This document shows, piece by piece, positions 17,713-27,089 of a stretch of DNA of 64,000 bases. Numbering within the stretch: the first letter of the stretch is position 1; each line of letters opens with the position of its first letter. The translations under genes and the position numbers were made by a program. The stretch is from a virus: positions 13,745-77,744 of the IMG/VR virus record IMGVR_UViG_3300012164_000002; one strand, 5' to 3'. The notes under the pieces were generated by a model that had not been told where the DNA came from, searched no databases, and saw nothing but the letters and a program-made list of their open reading frames with translations.

Positions 17713-18623
17713 TGGGCAGGCGCACCGACAACGTAGTCCGTTTGCAGCGACATCCCGATGGGGTGGCTGCCGGACTCCGCACGGTGCTCGACAACGGCCG
17801 TTACGAGCTCGTGACGGCGGGGCCGAATCCCGAGTTCCCGTTCGTAGGCAGCGACCCCTACGAGACGAACGCTTACACGGGGCTCGTCGTGCCGTCGGTC
17901 CCCTCAAGAGACAACGACGACGCGCGCTACCTCTTCGTGCTCGCACGATCGAGCTTCGGCACGGGCGAGCAGAGCTCCGACTACCTCGGCGCGCGGCTCG
18001 TCGGCATCCGTCAATACGCGGAGCTCGTCGCGCGGATCCCCGCAGGCGATGCGCCGCTCTCGAATCCGGAGGGTGGCGGCCCGCCCGACGGCAGCACTGT
18101 CACGTTCCGCAAAGAGATCACGAGCCCGCTCTGGCACCCGCTCGACGGCAACATCTCTTGGCACGTGATGATCGTGAACAAGGTGTCGCGCGACATGCGC
18201 AATCCCGCCAACTCGGACGGGTTCATGTTTCAAGATTGCACGTCGCCGGCGTTGCTCTTCCAACTCGGTGCGCCTGACGGGACCGGGTACAGGCCTCCGA
18301 ACGACGGCCGTCCGTGGGGGCTTCCGATGGCGGCGAGCCTCGGCAACATCCACGAGCTCCGCTACCCGTGGCGGATGTTCAACAGCGAATACGCGCTCGA
18401 CATCCCAATCCAGGTGCCGTGCGACGTGATCCTTTTCGCGAGCGTCCGGCAGAACGATCCGGCGCTCAATCCTGCGCTTCTCGAGGCAACGGACGTGACG
18501 CAACAGTTCTCGGCGCTCTGTCCCGAAGATCAATTCGTAGTCGCGTACTCCCAGTTCGCGCAATACGGAACGATCGCCGGCGCGCTCGTGTTCGAGGACA
18601 ACCTCGGGAGGGAAGTGCCGTGA
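17712..18623 (+). CDS. putative minor capsid/vertex protein
   Basis: 303 aa, beta-rich; TAATG coupling. Confidence 0.45.
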   Translation: MGRRTDNVVRLQRHPDGVAAGLRTVLDNGRYELVTAGPNPEFPFVGSDPYETNAYTGLVVPSVPSRDNDDARYLFVLARSSFGTGEQSSDYLGARLVGIRQYAELVARIPAGDAPLSNPEGGGPPDGSTVTFRKEITSPLWHPLDGNISWHVMIVNKVSRDMRNPANSDGFMFQDCTSPALLFQLGAPDGTGYRPPNDGRPWGLPMAASLGNIHELRYPWRMFNSEYALDIPIQVPCDVILFASVRQNDPALNPALLEATDVTQQFSALCPEDQFVVAYSQFAQYGTIAGALVFEDNLGREVP

Positions 18624-18910
18624 ACAAGCTCGGCGCTCTCGTCCTAACTCCGATCGCATTCGCGGCCGGCGGCATGGCCGGTCAGGTCATCGGCATGGCT
18701 TTCGCGATGCCGCCTGGCGATTCTCCGGCCAAGTACCGTCGCGGACACATTCGACCGATCACTCAACGAGAGCTCGAGTGGGAGCGGAACGGCGGCATCA
18801 TCGGAGCGCTTGTCGGAACGACGCTCGTAGCGCTCGCAGCCGTTAGCGGCGAGAAGCGCCCGGAGCCGGGCACCGTCGGCGAACTACCGCCAGATCCGAG
18901 GTTCCCATGA
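18620..18910 (+). CDS. two-TM membrane protein
   Basis: Two Gly/Ala-rich hydrophobic segments; GTGA coupling. Confidence 0.6.
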   Translation: MNKLGALVLTPIAFAAGGMAGQVIGMAFAMPPGDSPAKYRRGHIRPITQRELEWERNGGIIGALVGTTLVALAAVSGEKRPEPGTVGELPPDPRFP

Positions 18911-19599
18911 GTGAAACGAACTTCGTTACGGATGTCCCTGTTCAAGGACCGACTGATGAAGGCATGCGTGCCGCCGATTGCTGGCACGTTCAAAACCGAT
19001 TGCCGGCGCGCCCCGCGTGCGTCGATTGCGAAGGACCAATACCAATGTGGGCAAAGCAGAACCTTTCTATTGGCGGCCGTGCGAATTACTCGGGCATCGG
19101 AGCGCCGATCGCGCTCGGCGGCGCTGGCGTCGTCGGGTTCGCGCTCGACGCGGCGGGTGATCCGGAGATCTGGACGAAGATCTCCGCCGACCAACAGAAG
19201 TGGATCACGGACACGTTGGTCAAACTGAACACGATCATCGTGCGCACGACGAACACGACTTGCGCCACGTGGGCTCCCTCGATCGACAGGGCAGCCGGGT
19301 GCTTTCAGGGATGGTTCAACGGGGCGAAGCTCGGTTTCACGAAGCCGAATGGCGCGCCGCTTGTGCTCCGTACCGACGGCGTGTTCGATCAAGAGACGCT
19401 CGACGCGCTTCGAACTGTCGCGGCGCTCAACCCGACGGACTTTCCGACGGCGTACCCGGGAACGACTCTTCCGGGACCCGAGAAGACGAAACTTTCCACC
19501 GGCGCGATGGTCGGCATCGCAGCCGCCGGCGCCACTGTTCTAGGCGGCGTCGTTTACGCCGTCACCCGCAAGGGTAAAGGTCGCAGAAGGAGACGCTGA
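18907..19599 (+). CDS. membrane-anchored protein with PGBD-like domain
   Basis: LRTDGVFDQETLDAL; KLSTGA TM plus KGRRRR. Confidence 0.65.
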   Translation: MSETNFVTDVPVQGPTDEGMRAADCWHVQNRLPARPACVDCEGPIPMWAKQNLSIGGRANYSGIGAPIALGGAGVVGFALDAAGDPEIWTKISADQQKWITDTLVKLNTIIVRTTNTTCATWAPSIDRAAGCFQGWFNGAKLGFTKPNGAPLVLRTDGVFDQETLDALRTVAALNPTDFPTAYPGTTLPGPEKTKLSTGAMVGIAAAGATVLGGVVYAVTRKGKGRRRRR

Positions 19600-19601
19600 G
19601 C

Positions 19602-21287
19602 ATGTTGTACAAGGTTCAACCGGGCGACAGCCCGACGACCATAGCCCGATCATTCGGCGTGCCCTTCTCGGCGCTCATCAACGCCAACCGGCACAAGCCC
19701 ACCACCGTCGTGAACGGTGTTCGGACTTGGAGCGACGTCAGGCACGGCGAGACGATCGAAGTGCCGGGCGTCGGAACTGTAGGGTTCGGTGTCGGTGACG
19801 CGGCGACAGACGCGATGAACAGGCTGATCGCCTCTGGCGGTCCTTGTCTCAAAGCGAACGTTGGACTCGTGTGCGAGCTGCAAAAAGTCATGGGCGTCAC
19901 AGCGGACGGCAAGTGGGGTTCCACTACCGCCGCGGCGGCGAGCACGCTCTTTCCCGGCATAAGAACGCCGGCGGGGTGCAGTCCGACGCCTTCGTGGTGG
20001 GTGAAGGGAGTGAGCGCATGCCCAGCGGGCGGCACTGCGCCCGCGCCTGCTCCGGCGCCCGCACCGTCGGTCACGCCGACGGCTGCTCCCGCTGCGGTGC
20101 AAGCGCTCGTGGGGATCAATCCTTGCGATGCTGCGAACGTGCAAGTGGTTTGCGCGGCGCAACGAGCGCTCGGAGTGAGCGCCGACGGGAAGTATGGATC
20201 GGGGACAGCGACCGCTGCGCGGAAGCTCGTTTCGAATGCGCCGCCAGGATGCGATCCGCGTCCGACGTGGTGGGCTCCCACCGGATCGTCGAATTGCGTC
20301 GCCGCTCCGAAGCCTACCGCTTCGCCGGCGCCAGCCGTGGCGCCTCCGGAAGTTCTCGCGCTCATCGGGATCGATCCGTGCAGCCAAGCGAACGTTGCGC
20401 TCGTATGTGCTGCGCAGCGCAAACTGGGCGTCACCGTCGACGGCAAGTACGGGACGGGTACCGCCTCGGCCGCGTACAGGCTCAGCCAGTCGACGCCGAA
20501 GGCGTGTCAGCCGAGCCCGGCATGGTGGGCGCCGTCCGGATCGAACAAGTGCGTCGCCGGCGCCGTCGTGGCACCGCCCCCTCCGCCACCGCCTCCTCCG
20601 CCTCCTCCGCCTGTTCCGAGCCCTATCACGCCCGCACCTGCTCCCGCACCGACGGTAATGGTGCCAGGAGAGGTTCGTGCGCTCGTCGGGATCAATCCGT
20701 GCTTGCAGCAGAACGTCGAGATCGTTCGCGCGGCTCAGCGCGTACTCGGTGTCACTGCGGACGGCAAGTATGGAACGGGCACCGCAGGCGCCGCGCGTCG
20801 ACTCGAGCCGAGAGCTCCGGCCGCGTGCAGCCCCGCTCCTATATGGTGGGGCGCGAAGGGCACCACGGCTCCGCCTGGCCCTCCGCCGCCTCCCCCGCCC
20901 CCGCCGGCGCCCTCTCCGGTTGCTCCGGCGCCGGGCCCCGCTCCGGTCACTCCGGGGCCTACTCCGGGGGTACCGGAGCCGATCGTGGTGGTGCCCCCAC
21001 CGCCCGGTCCGCCCCCGATGCCGCCGCCTGGTCCCGCACCCGGGCCGGCGCAACCGATCGTGGTTGCGCCTGAAGAGAAGAAGGGCCTCAGCACCGGCGC
21101 GATCGTCGCCGGTGCTGTCGGCGCCGTCGCTCTTCTCGGTGTCGTCGCCGTCGCAGCAAGCGGAGGCAAGAGCACGCGAGGCTCGCGTGGCCCGAGCGGT
21201 CGACGCGGCAAGTCCGGCAAGAGAGGAAAGCGCGGCGCACGCAAGTCGTCATCTCGCAAGAAGTCATCCCGCAAGCGCCGGAGGTAG
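19602..21287 (+). CDS. LysM plus four Cys-stabilised peptidoglycan-binding repeats, Pro stalk and TM anchor
   Basis: MLYKVQPGDS; 4x PC..N...AQ..LGV..DGK.G..T..A..C.P.P.WW; GLSTGA TM; basic tail. Confidence 0.8.
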   Translation: MLYKVQPGDSPTTIARSFGVPFSALINANRHKPTTVVNGVRTWSDVRHGETIEVPGVGTVGFGVGDAATDAMNRLIASGGPCLKANVGLVCELQKVMGVTADGKWGSTTAAAASTLFPGIRTPAGCSPTPSWWVKGVSACPAGGTAPAPAPAPAPSVTPTAAPAAVQALVGINPCDAANVQVVCAAQRALGVSADGKYGSGTATAARKLVSNAPPGCDPRPTWWAPTGSSNCVAAPKPTASPAPAVAPPEVLALIGIDPCSQANVALVCAAQRKLGVTVDGKYGTGTASAAYRLSQSTPKACQPSPAWWAPSGSNKCVAGAVVAPPPPPPPPPPPPPVPSPITPAPAPAPTVMVPGEVRALVGINPCLQQNVEIVRAAQRVLGVTADGKYGTGTAGAARRLEPRAPAACSPAPIWWGAKGTTAPPGPPPPPPPPPAPSPVAPAPGPAPVTPGPTPGVPEPIVVVPPPPGPPPMPPPGPAPGPAQPIVVAPEEKKGLSTGAIVAGAVGAVALLGVVAVAASGGKSTRGSRGPSGRRGKSGKRGKRGARKSSSRKKSSRKRRR

Positions 21288-21290
21288 TTC

Positions 21291-21527
21291 ATGCAGGTCG
21301 TGATCCCGATATCGGCTCTCAAGGAGCGCAAGGCTTGCCTTGTGTACCTCCAGTCTCCGGAATGGGACTCGGAGCGAGAGGCGCTCGTGTACACCGACTG
21401 GGCCAAGACGGTCACTCGATTGATGTCGACCCCCAACGGGAGGATCTGGCTCGGATGGTTGGCGGGAGCGAAGCTCGTGCCGATGTCGGTGGGTGAGTTC
21501 AACGCGCTGAGAAAGGCACGACAATGA
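21291..21527 (+). CDS. hypothetical protein
   Basis: 78-aa coupled ORF. Confidence 0.55.
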   Translation: MQVVIPISALKERKACLVYLQSPEWDSEREALVYTDWAKTVTRLMSTPNGRIWLGWLAGAKLVPMSVGEFNALRKARQ

Positions 21528-22189
21528 CCGAGTTCGTCGGGCGAACTGGCGGAATGCGCCTCTACTCCTACCCAGAGTCGTCGCGTAACACGACGGTCCC
21601 GTTCGCGCGGAACTTCGCTTTCGCTACGAGCGATCTCGCAGGAACACCGATCGAGACCGCCGGGACGTTCATAGTTTGGTCTGCGATGGCGGCCGGCGCC
21701 CCATCGTGGAACAACATCACGACCTACGCACTTGGCGACCGCGTGATCTTCACCGGCACCCTCAAGACGTACAAGTCGCTTCAGAACGGCAACCTCAACA
21801 ATCAACCCGACATCTCTCCCCTCTTCTGGGAAGAGAACACCGAGGTTCCGATCACGCCCAAGTCGACCGGCATCGTTCGAATCAGCGGCGTGGTTGTCGT
21901 CAAGAGCTCTTCGGTCGGACAAGAAGCGGTGACACTCCAAGTCTTCGTCAACGGAGTGATGCTCGAAGTCCCGTTCGCAGAGATCGCCTCTGTGGATCCT
22001 ACGGACACGCCACCGGGATTCGGCGCGGTGGCGATCCCCTTCCTCACGCAGTCGAGCTTCGGAGCGCTGGCGATCGGAACTACCGCGCTCGTTCAGATCA
22101 AACTGTTCGCAACGGACGACGACGTCTTGTTCATCTCGGCCGAATCCACCACCATCGAGCTGCAAGAGGTGGTGGAGGCGTCCGGCTAA
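21524..22189 (+). CDS. spike-like protein with CBM5/12-like module
   Basis: WNNITTYALGDRV...YKSLQ.GN...P...FW; degenerate N-terminal tag GRTGGMRLYSYPE. Confidence 0.65.
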   Translation: MTEFVGRTGGMRLYSYPESSRNTTVPFARNFAFATSDLAGTPIETAGTFIVWSAMAAGAPSWNNITTYALGDRVIFTGTLKTYKSLQNGNLNNQPDISPLFWEENTEVPITPKSTGIVRISGVVVVKSSSVGQEAVTLQVFVNGVMLEVPFAEIASVDPTDTPPGFGAVAIPFLTQSSFGALAIGTTALVQIKLFATDDDVLFISAESTTIELQEVVEASG

Positions 22190-22201
22190 GGAGGCCCCAA
22201 C

Positions 22202-22387
22202 ATGCCGAAGGTAGTTCACCAGGAGACCATGTGCTGCGGGCACAAGAAGTGCCCGACGGTCACGGTTTTCGAAGACGGGTCGATGGAGATCACCGACAAC
22301 GACGCCGAGAAGGGCTCCGTCGGTACGATCAAGCTCGCATCCGAGCAGGTCGCGAGGCTCACCGAGCTCGCGAAGAACGCGAAGTAA
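22202..22387 (+). CDS. small Cys-containing protein
   Basis: RBS AGGAGG; CCGHKKCP. Confidence 0.6.
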   Translation: MPKVVHQETMCCGHKKCPTVTVFEDGSMEITDNDAEKGSVGTIKLASEQVARLTELAKNAK

Positions 22388-22391
22388 AGAG

Positions 22392-23621
22392 ATGTCACAC
22401 GTCATTGGTCGAGGGCGATACGCGCGAGCAACGTACCCGCAGAGCCCAGGAGCGGGCGGAGGCGGCGCGGCGATCGTGCCGCTTGCGAGGCAGAAGTTCA
22501 TCGACGGCGACACGGCGCAAGCCGGGCTGAACGGCTCGATCGCTGACCCCTTCAAGACGATCGCTCAATTCATGGCTTCGCGTGGGAACGACTCCGTTCA
22601 AGACGCGGGCGCTCCCTACGTCGGCTGGCTCATGCCCGCGCTCAACGGCTACACCGAAGACGTGAGCTTCCCGCCCTACGCGACGACGGAGCTCAGGGGT
22701 GAGTGCTTCTCCGGCGAAAACGGAGCCGGCACCTTCATCACCGGCAACGTCACGTGGCCCAACATCGCTGGGGCGTTCGCTGGGGACGATCCGACGATCG
22801 TCATGCACAACATCTCGGTGACGGGCACCTTCACGGTGACCGACGACCCAGCCGCGCCCGGCGGATCGAGCGTGCTGTTCGGCGGCGACGAGCTCATGCG
22901 CGGCAACGTCCTCATCATCGGAGGATTCGTTTCGAGCGCGGCTACACGCTTGGGGTCCGTGTCGTTTTCCAATGCGATCGTGGCGTCAATCGATTGCGGC
23001 GCCACTGCGGACAGCGCCAGCGTGCTTCTCGTCGGAACTCAAGTGGGGCCCGTGACCGCAGGCCGATTGACCGCATTCGAGTCAATCTTTTCCGGCAACA
23101 TCACGGTTCTCACCACCGCGAGTTTCAACGACTGCACTTTCACGCCGGGCACGAGCCCCGAGGTGGCGGCGCCCGGCGGGGCATCATTCGATGGTCCGTC
23201 GTGGCAAAGCTTCACGGAAGCTGGCGGGGATCGCGACGTCGGGACGTTCGCGCTGGTCGTCGGCGGCTACAGCGGCGGCGCCGTTCCGGGCGCCGATCTC
23301 ACGGCAGCCAACAGCCCCATCGACGTGACGCTCAATGGCACCAACGCGAGCGCTCTGTACCAGGGTTCGAACTCCGGAAACTTCTTCTCAGCTCCGGGGC
23401 TCCTCGGCGATGTCGTCGTCGCGCTCAAAACCGGTGGCGGGGAGCTCGAAGGAGACACGATCCTCATCACCAAGCCGGACACCGTTGCGCAAGCAGTGAC
23501 CGTCAACGACGCCGCCGGAGCGGGCATCGGCACCATTCCTACTGGTGAGCGCGGCTTCGTGCTCGCGCGGTTCAACGGCACCGATTGGGTGATGATCGAG
23601 GGGGGATCGCTCGCAGCGTAA
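22392..23621 (+). CDS. spike/receptor-binding protein (beta-helix-like)
   Basis: N-terminal tag GRGRYARATYP; FIDG..GSIADPFKTIAQ beta-helix entry motif. Confidence 0.65.
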   Translation: MSHVIGRGRYARATYPQSPGAGGGGAAIVPLARQKFIDGDTAQAGLNGSIADPFKTIAQFMASRGNDSVQDAGAPYVGWLMPALNGYTEDVSFPPYATTELRGECFSGENGAGTFITGNVTWPNIAGAFAGDDPTIVMHNISVTGTFTVTDDPAAPGGSSVLFGGDELMRGNVLIIGGFVSSAATRLGSVSFSNAIVASIDCGATADSASVLLVGTQVGPVTAGRLTAFESIFSGNITVLTTASFNDCTFTPGTSPEVAAPGGASFDGPSWQSFTEAGGDRDVGTFALVVGGYSGGAVPGADLTAANSPIDVTLNGTNASALYQGSNSGNFFSAPGLLGDVVVALKTGGGELEGDTILITKPDTVAQAVTVNDAAGAGIGTIPTGERGFVLARFNGTDWVMIEGGSLAA

Positions 23622-23902
23622 TGGTGCTTTTCGTCCTCCTCTCAGCGCTCATTGGTACGACGCTCATCGTCGTCCGGAGCGCGCTATTCCGACCCATTCG
23701 AAAGCTCTGGCCGGCGCTGCTCTCGTGTAGCCGGTGCACCGGGTTTTGGGTTGGAGTTGCCGCGGGGGCGAGCGGTCTCGTCGAGACAGGACACGGCAGA
23801 CCGATCGATGCGTACATCGTGGGCGCTGCGACGAGCTTTTTGGCTCTCCTCGCCGACGCCGTGTTCATACAACTACTCGGACCCCCAGAGGAGTCACACT
23901 AA
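23621..23902 (+). CDS. DUF1360-like membrane protein
   Basis: LLSCSRCTGFW motif; hydrophobic segments. Confidence 0.6.
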   Translation: MVLFVLLSALIGTTLIVVRSALFRPIRKLWPALLSCSRCTGFWVGVAAGASGLVETGHGRPIDAYIVGAATSFLALLADAVFIQLLGPPEESH

Positions 23903-24504
23903 TGCATCTCATCGGACGAAGAGGCTACAAGTCGGAAGCCTACCCCAGCACGACTCCGCCGAACTTCGGCATCCCAGACGAGATCATGCGGTACTACTTC
24001 CTGATCGACGACTCGATCACGCCCGGCGAGACATACACGTCGAGGCCGTGGAACGCCGCAGACGCGGCGCTTATCCAAACCGTGCCGCCACCGGACTTTT
24101 TCTTTCCCGTGCCAGTGCCTCCGTGCGCGCTCGTTCGAGCTGCACTCAGCGTCGTCACTGTCATCGACGGCGGCGCTATAACGGGCGACGACATCCTCAT
24201 TCAGTGGCGAGGCATCCTCGGCAACAACCCGGTGATCGCAATCCCAGCTCCGGCGCTCGGGGCCCAGCAAACGTTCATAGAGACGAACGTGCTTGGCGCT
24301 CTTCCCAGCGGCACTATCTCGATCGTCAACTACAACTTCCAGGACGTCATCGTTCCACTCGGAGGCGCAACGATCTTTCCGGATCTTCTCATGCCGGCGA
24401 ACCTCGACATCCCGGCGTCGAGCTCGTTCATCTGCTTTCTCTCGGTCGGAATCGACTGGAACGCCGACCTCATCAACGAGCCGTTCGGCCCGCCTGCCCC
24501 GTAA
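23902..24504 (+). CDS. spike-like protein
   Basis: Degenerate tag HLIGRRGYKSEAYP; beta-rich. Confidence 0.6.
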   Translation: MHLIGRRGYKSEAYPSTTPPNFGIPDEIMRYYFLIDDSITPGETYTSRPWNAADAALIQTVPPPDFFFPVPVPPCALVRAALSVVTVIDGGAITGDDILIQWRGILGNNPVIAIPAPALGAQQTFIETNVLGALPSGTISIVNYNFQDVIVPLGGATIFPDLLMPANLDIPASSSFICFLSVGIDWNADLINEPFGPPAP

Positions 24505-24526
24505 CAGGGAGAGGGATCAAAAAGTC

Positions 24527-24772
24527 GTGCGACGAAAACTCAAGAATCTGAAACACAAGAGCGGGCATTCGGAAAACGGTGCGCCGCGGCAGCTCATCGA
24601 CGAGACCGTGTATCGCGAGCGTCAACGCGCGGCGCTAGGCACCGAACCGCCCAACGTCGACAGCGAGTACGGCGGCTGGAGCTGGGCGACGCGCCCGCGC
24701 GATCAAGCGATCAGCTTGCGGCAAAACCCAGTCACAGGACCGAGCGGGCCCGAACCAGAACCGCCCGGATAG
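24527..24772 (+). CDS. hypothetical protein
   Basis: GTG after GGGAGAGGG; 81 aa. Confidence 0.4.
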   Translation: MRRKLKNLKHKSGHSENGAPRQLIDETVYRERQRAALGTEPPNVDSEYGGWSWATRPRDQAISLRQNPVTGPSGPEPEPPG

Positions 24773-24778
24773 CTCACG

Positions 24779-25531
24779 ATGGCGTACATCGTCGGGAGAG
24801 GGCGCTACGCACGGGAGACTTATCCTGAGCGACCTGCTAGCGGCAGCGGCGACGTTGGCCCTACTGGGCCCGAAGGCCCAACTGGGCCCGAAGGGCCGCC
24901 CGGCGCCGACGGGGCGGACGGACCGACTGGACCGGCGGGCCCCGAGGGGCCTCCAGGAGCGGACGGACCAACTGGGCCCGAAGGACCCGAGGGACCGACC
25001 GGACCTGATGGAGCAGACGGCGACGACGGTCCAACCGGACCGACTGGGCCAGACGGCCCCACCCTCGTCGGCGGCACAGCTCAGATCACGGTCGACTTCA
25101 GCGACAACTTCGACACCAACGGCAACTCGGCGATATGGCGCGAGGTCGTTGGATCCGACTTCGCTTACGACGGCTCAACCGACTTCACGCTGACAGCCGC
25201 ATCTTGCGTGCTCACGTACAACGGCGCGAGCGGGCGCAGTTTCCTGGTCGCGCTCACTTGTAGCTTCGAGGGCTCGGGTGGCCTAAGCGGCACATGCGGG
25301 ATCGCAGTCGCATTGAACAGCGACCTCACTGGTGCCGCCATGTTCTCGAACGCTGCTTCCGCGGCCGGGGCCTCGTATTCAGATCTGGTCAGCGGGGGCG
25401 GCGTGTCGATAACCTGCCAACGGCGAGTCACTTTGAACAACGGAGACACACTCCGACCGGTGGGATCCAAGTTCGACGGGAACCAAGATCTCACCTTGCA
25501 CTCGGTCTCAATCTCCCCGATCCCGCAGTAG
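24779..25531 (+). CDS. collagen-like fibre with C1q/BclA-like C-terminal domain
   Basis: Tag [12 protein letters not shown]; about 24 G-X-Y triplets; beta-rich C-terminus. Confidence 0.8.
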   Translation: MAYIVGRGRYARETYPERPASGSGDVGPTGPEGPTGPEGPPGADGADGPTGPAGPEGPPGADGPTGPEGPEGPTGPDGADGDDGPTGPTGPDGPTLVGGTAQITVDFSDNFDTNGNSAIWREVVGSDFAYDGSTDFTLTAASCVLTYNGASGRSFLVALTCSFEGSGGLSGTCGIAVALNSDLTGAAMFSNAASAAGASYSDLVSGGGVSITCQRRVTLNNGDTLRPVGSKFDGNQDLTLHSVSISPIPQ

Positions 25532-25534
25532 GCC

Positions 25535-25972
25535 ATGGCGCACATCATCGGGAGCGGCCGCTACAGCCGAGAAACCTACCCGGAAACGAGAGGTTTCGGA
25601 TCGCTTGGTCCGACGGGCCCAGAGGGCCCTTCGGTATTCGCGACAGGCGCTCGACCGAACAAGCATATGTCGGCGGAGACGACCGTCGCGGACGGCAACC
25701 TTGCGTGCTTGGTGCCGATCGCCGTGTCGCCGGCTGCCTCGAGCACCAACGGCGGCTATATCGCAGTCGATGTGAACGGCGTTGACTACCACGTCGGTGA
25801 TGGGACGAAGGTCGGTGTGGTCTGCTACTTCTCGAACGACGGCGGGGCGACAGCACGCTTGCTTCAAGACGTCGTCGCTGGGGATCTGCTCTATTGGAAC
25901 GGTTCCGTCGCCGGCTTCGAGCTGTCGGCGCTAACCGACAAGCTAAACTTCAACTACGAGGTCGCCGCGTGA
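25535..25972 (+). CDS. spike-like protein
   Basis: Tag GSGRYSRETYPE followed by GPTGPEGP. Confidence 0.65.
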   Translation: MAHIIGSGRYSRETYPETRGFGSLGPTGPEGPSVFATGARPNKHMSAETTVADGNLACLVPIAVSPAASSTNGGYIAVDVNGVDYHVGDGTKVGVVCYFSNDGGATARLLQDVVAGDLLYWNGSVAGFELSALTDKLNFNYEVAA

Positions 25973-25976
25973 GCCG

Positions 25977-27089
25977 ATGGCCGATCTCATTCAAGGAAAG
26001 CAGATCGATCCGACTTTCGTACCGAATGTCGCGCGCTCGATGCTCTTCGGCAGTGGCCTAGACGGCGACCAAGCCATCGCCGCCGGCACGACCCTGCTTG
26101 CGCAGGACTTGTACGCCGAAAACCTCGCCATCTCGGGGACCGGCGCTCTTCAACCTGGTCTCTCTACGATCTACGTCCGAGACACGCTCGACCTCTCCGC
26201 CGCCCCCATAGCAGCCATCAATACGAACAACATCGCAGGTACCGGCGGCACCGGCGGCGCGACTGCCACCGGTGGCACGGCTGGCGCGGCGCTCGCAGAA
26301 GTGGACGGTTCAACGCTCGGCGGCACTAATCCGGGGACGATCGGCGGTACTGGCGGCGCAACGACAGGGGGCCTAGGAGGCATCGTCACGAACCTCATCG
26401 GAGGTCGCGGCGGAAGCGGAGGCGCCAGTGGTGCCGGCGGCGCAGGAACTGCGGGCGCTGGTGGAGGCGCGAGAGCCGGCGGCATCATCACCGGCATACC
26501 GAGGATCTTTCGCGTTCTCACATCTCCGTTCGTCGTCTACGCCATCGCGACGGCAGTTCGAGCTATTCCGGTACGCGGAGGCGCTAGCGGCGCCGGCGGT
26601 GGTGGTGGCGGCGGGAGCGGCGGAGTTGCCGGGGCTGGCGGTGGCGGCGGAGCTGGTGGCGCCGGCGACATCTGGATCTACGCGCGTAGAATCAAACGAG
26701 GCGCCGGTACTCCAGCGGGATGCGTCCAAGCGATAGGATTCAAAGGCGGGAAAGGTGGCACCGCCCCAGCGGGCACACGCGGTGGAGGCGGCGCAGGTGG
26801 CGGCGGTGGCGGAGGCGTCATCTACATTGTGTACGAAGAGCTTCTCGGTTCTCTTCCGCCTTCTGCGTGGCTCAATGTTTCCGGCGGCGACGGTGGCGAC
26901 GGCGGTGACGGCACCAACGCCGGCGGAAACGGTGCGACTGGTGGAGGCGGCGGCGTCATCGTGCTTTGCAACATCAAAACCGGCGTGTTCACGATCGTCA
27001 TAGGCGTGAACGGTAGCGGCGGCAGCGCGGCGTCTGGGCTCATCGGAGGTACTGGCGGACTTGGAGCCGTCACGACATCCAATCTATGA
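25977..27089 (+). CDS. glycine-rich (polyglycine II-type) fibre protein 1
   Basis: GG(A/T)GG tracts; DTLDLS, ARRIKRG, YEELLGS. Confidence 0.7.
   Translation: MADLIQGKQIDPTFVPNVARSMLFGSGLDGDQAIAAGTTLLAQDLYAENLAISGTGALQPGLSTIYVRDTLDLSAAPIAAINTNNIAGTGGTGGATATGGTAGAALAEVDGSTLGGTNPGTIGGTGGATTGGLGGIVTNLIGGRGGSGGASGAGGAGTAGAGGGARAGGIITGIPRIFRVLTSPFVVYAIATAVRAIPVRGGASGAGGGGGGGSGGVAGAGGGGGAGGAGDIWIYARRIKRGAGTPAGCVQAIGFKGGKGGTAPAGTRGGGGAGGGGGGGVIYIVYEELLGSLPPSAWLNVSGGDGGDGGDGTNAGGNGATGGGGGVIVLCNIKTGVFTIVIGVNGSGGSAASGLIGGTGGLGAVTTSNL

Noticed and set aside
24850-25070. Tandem DNA repeats resembling an array
   Set aside because: They encode collagen G-X-Y triplets. There is no constant repeat with unique spacers, so this is not CRISPR.
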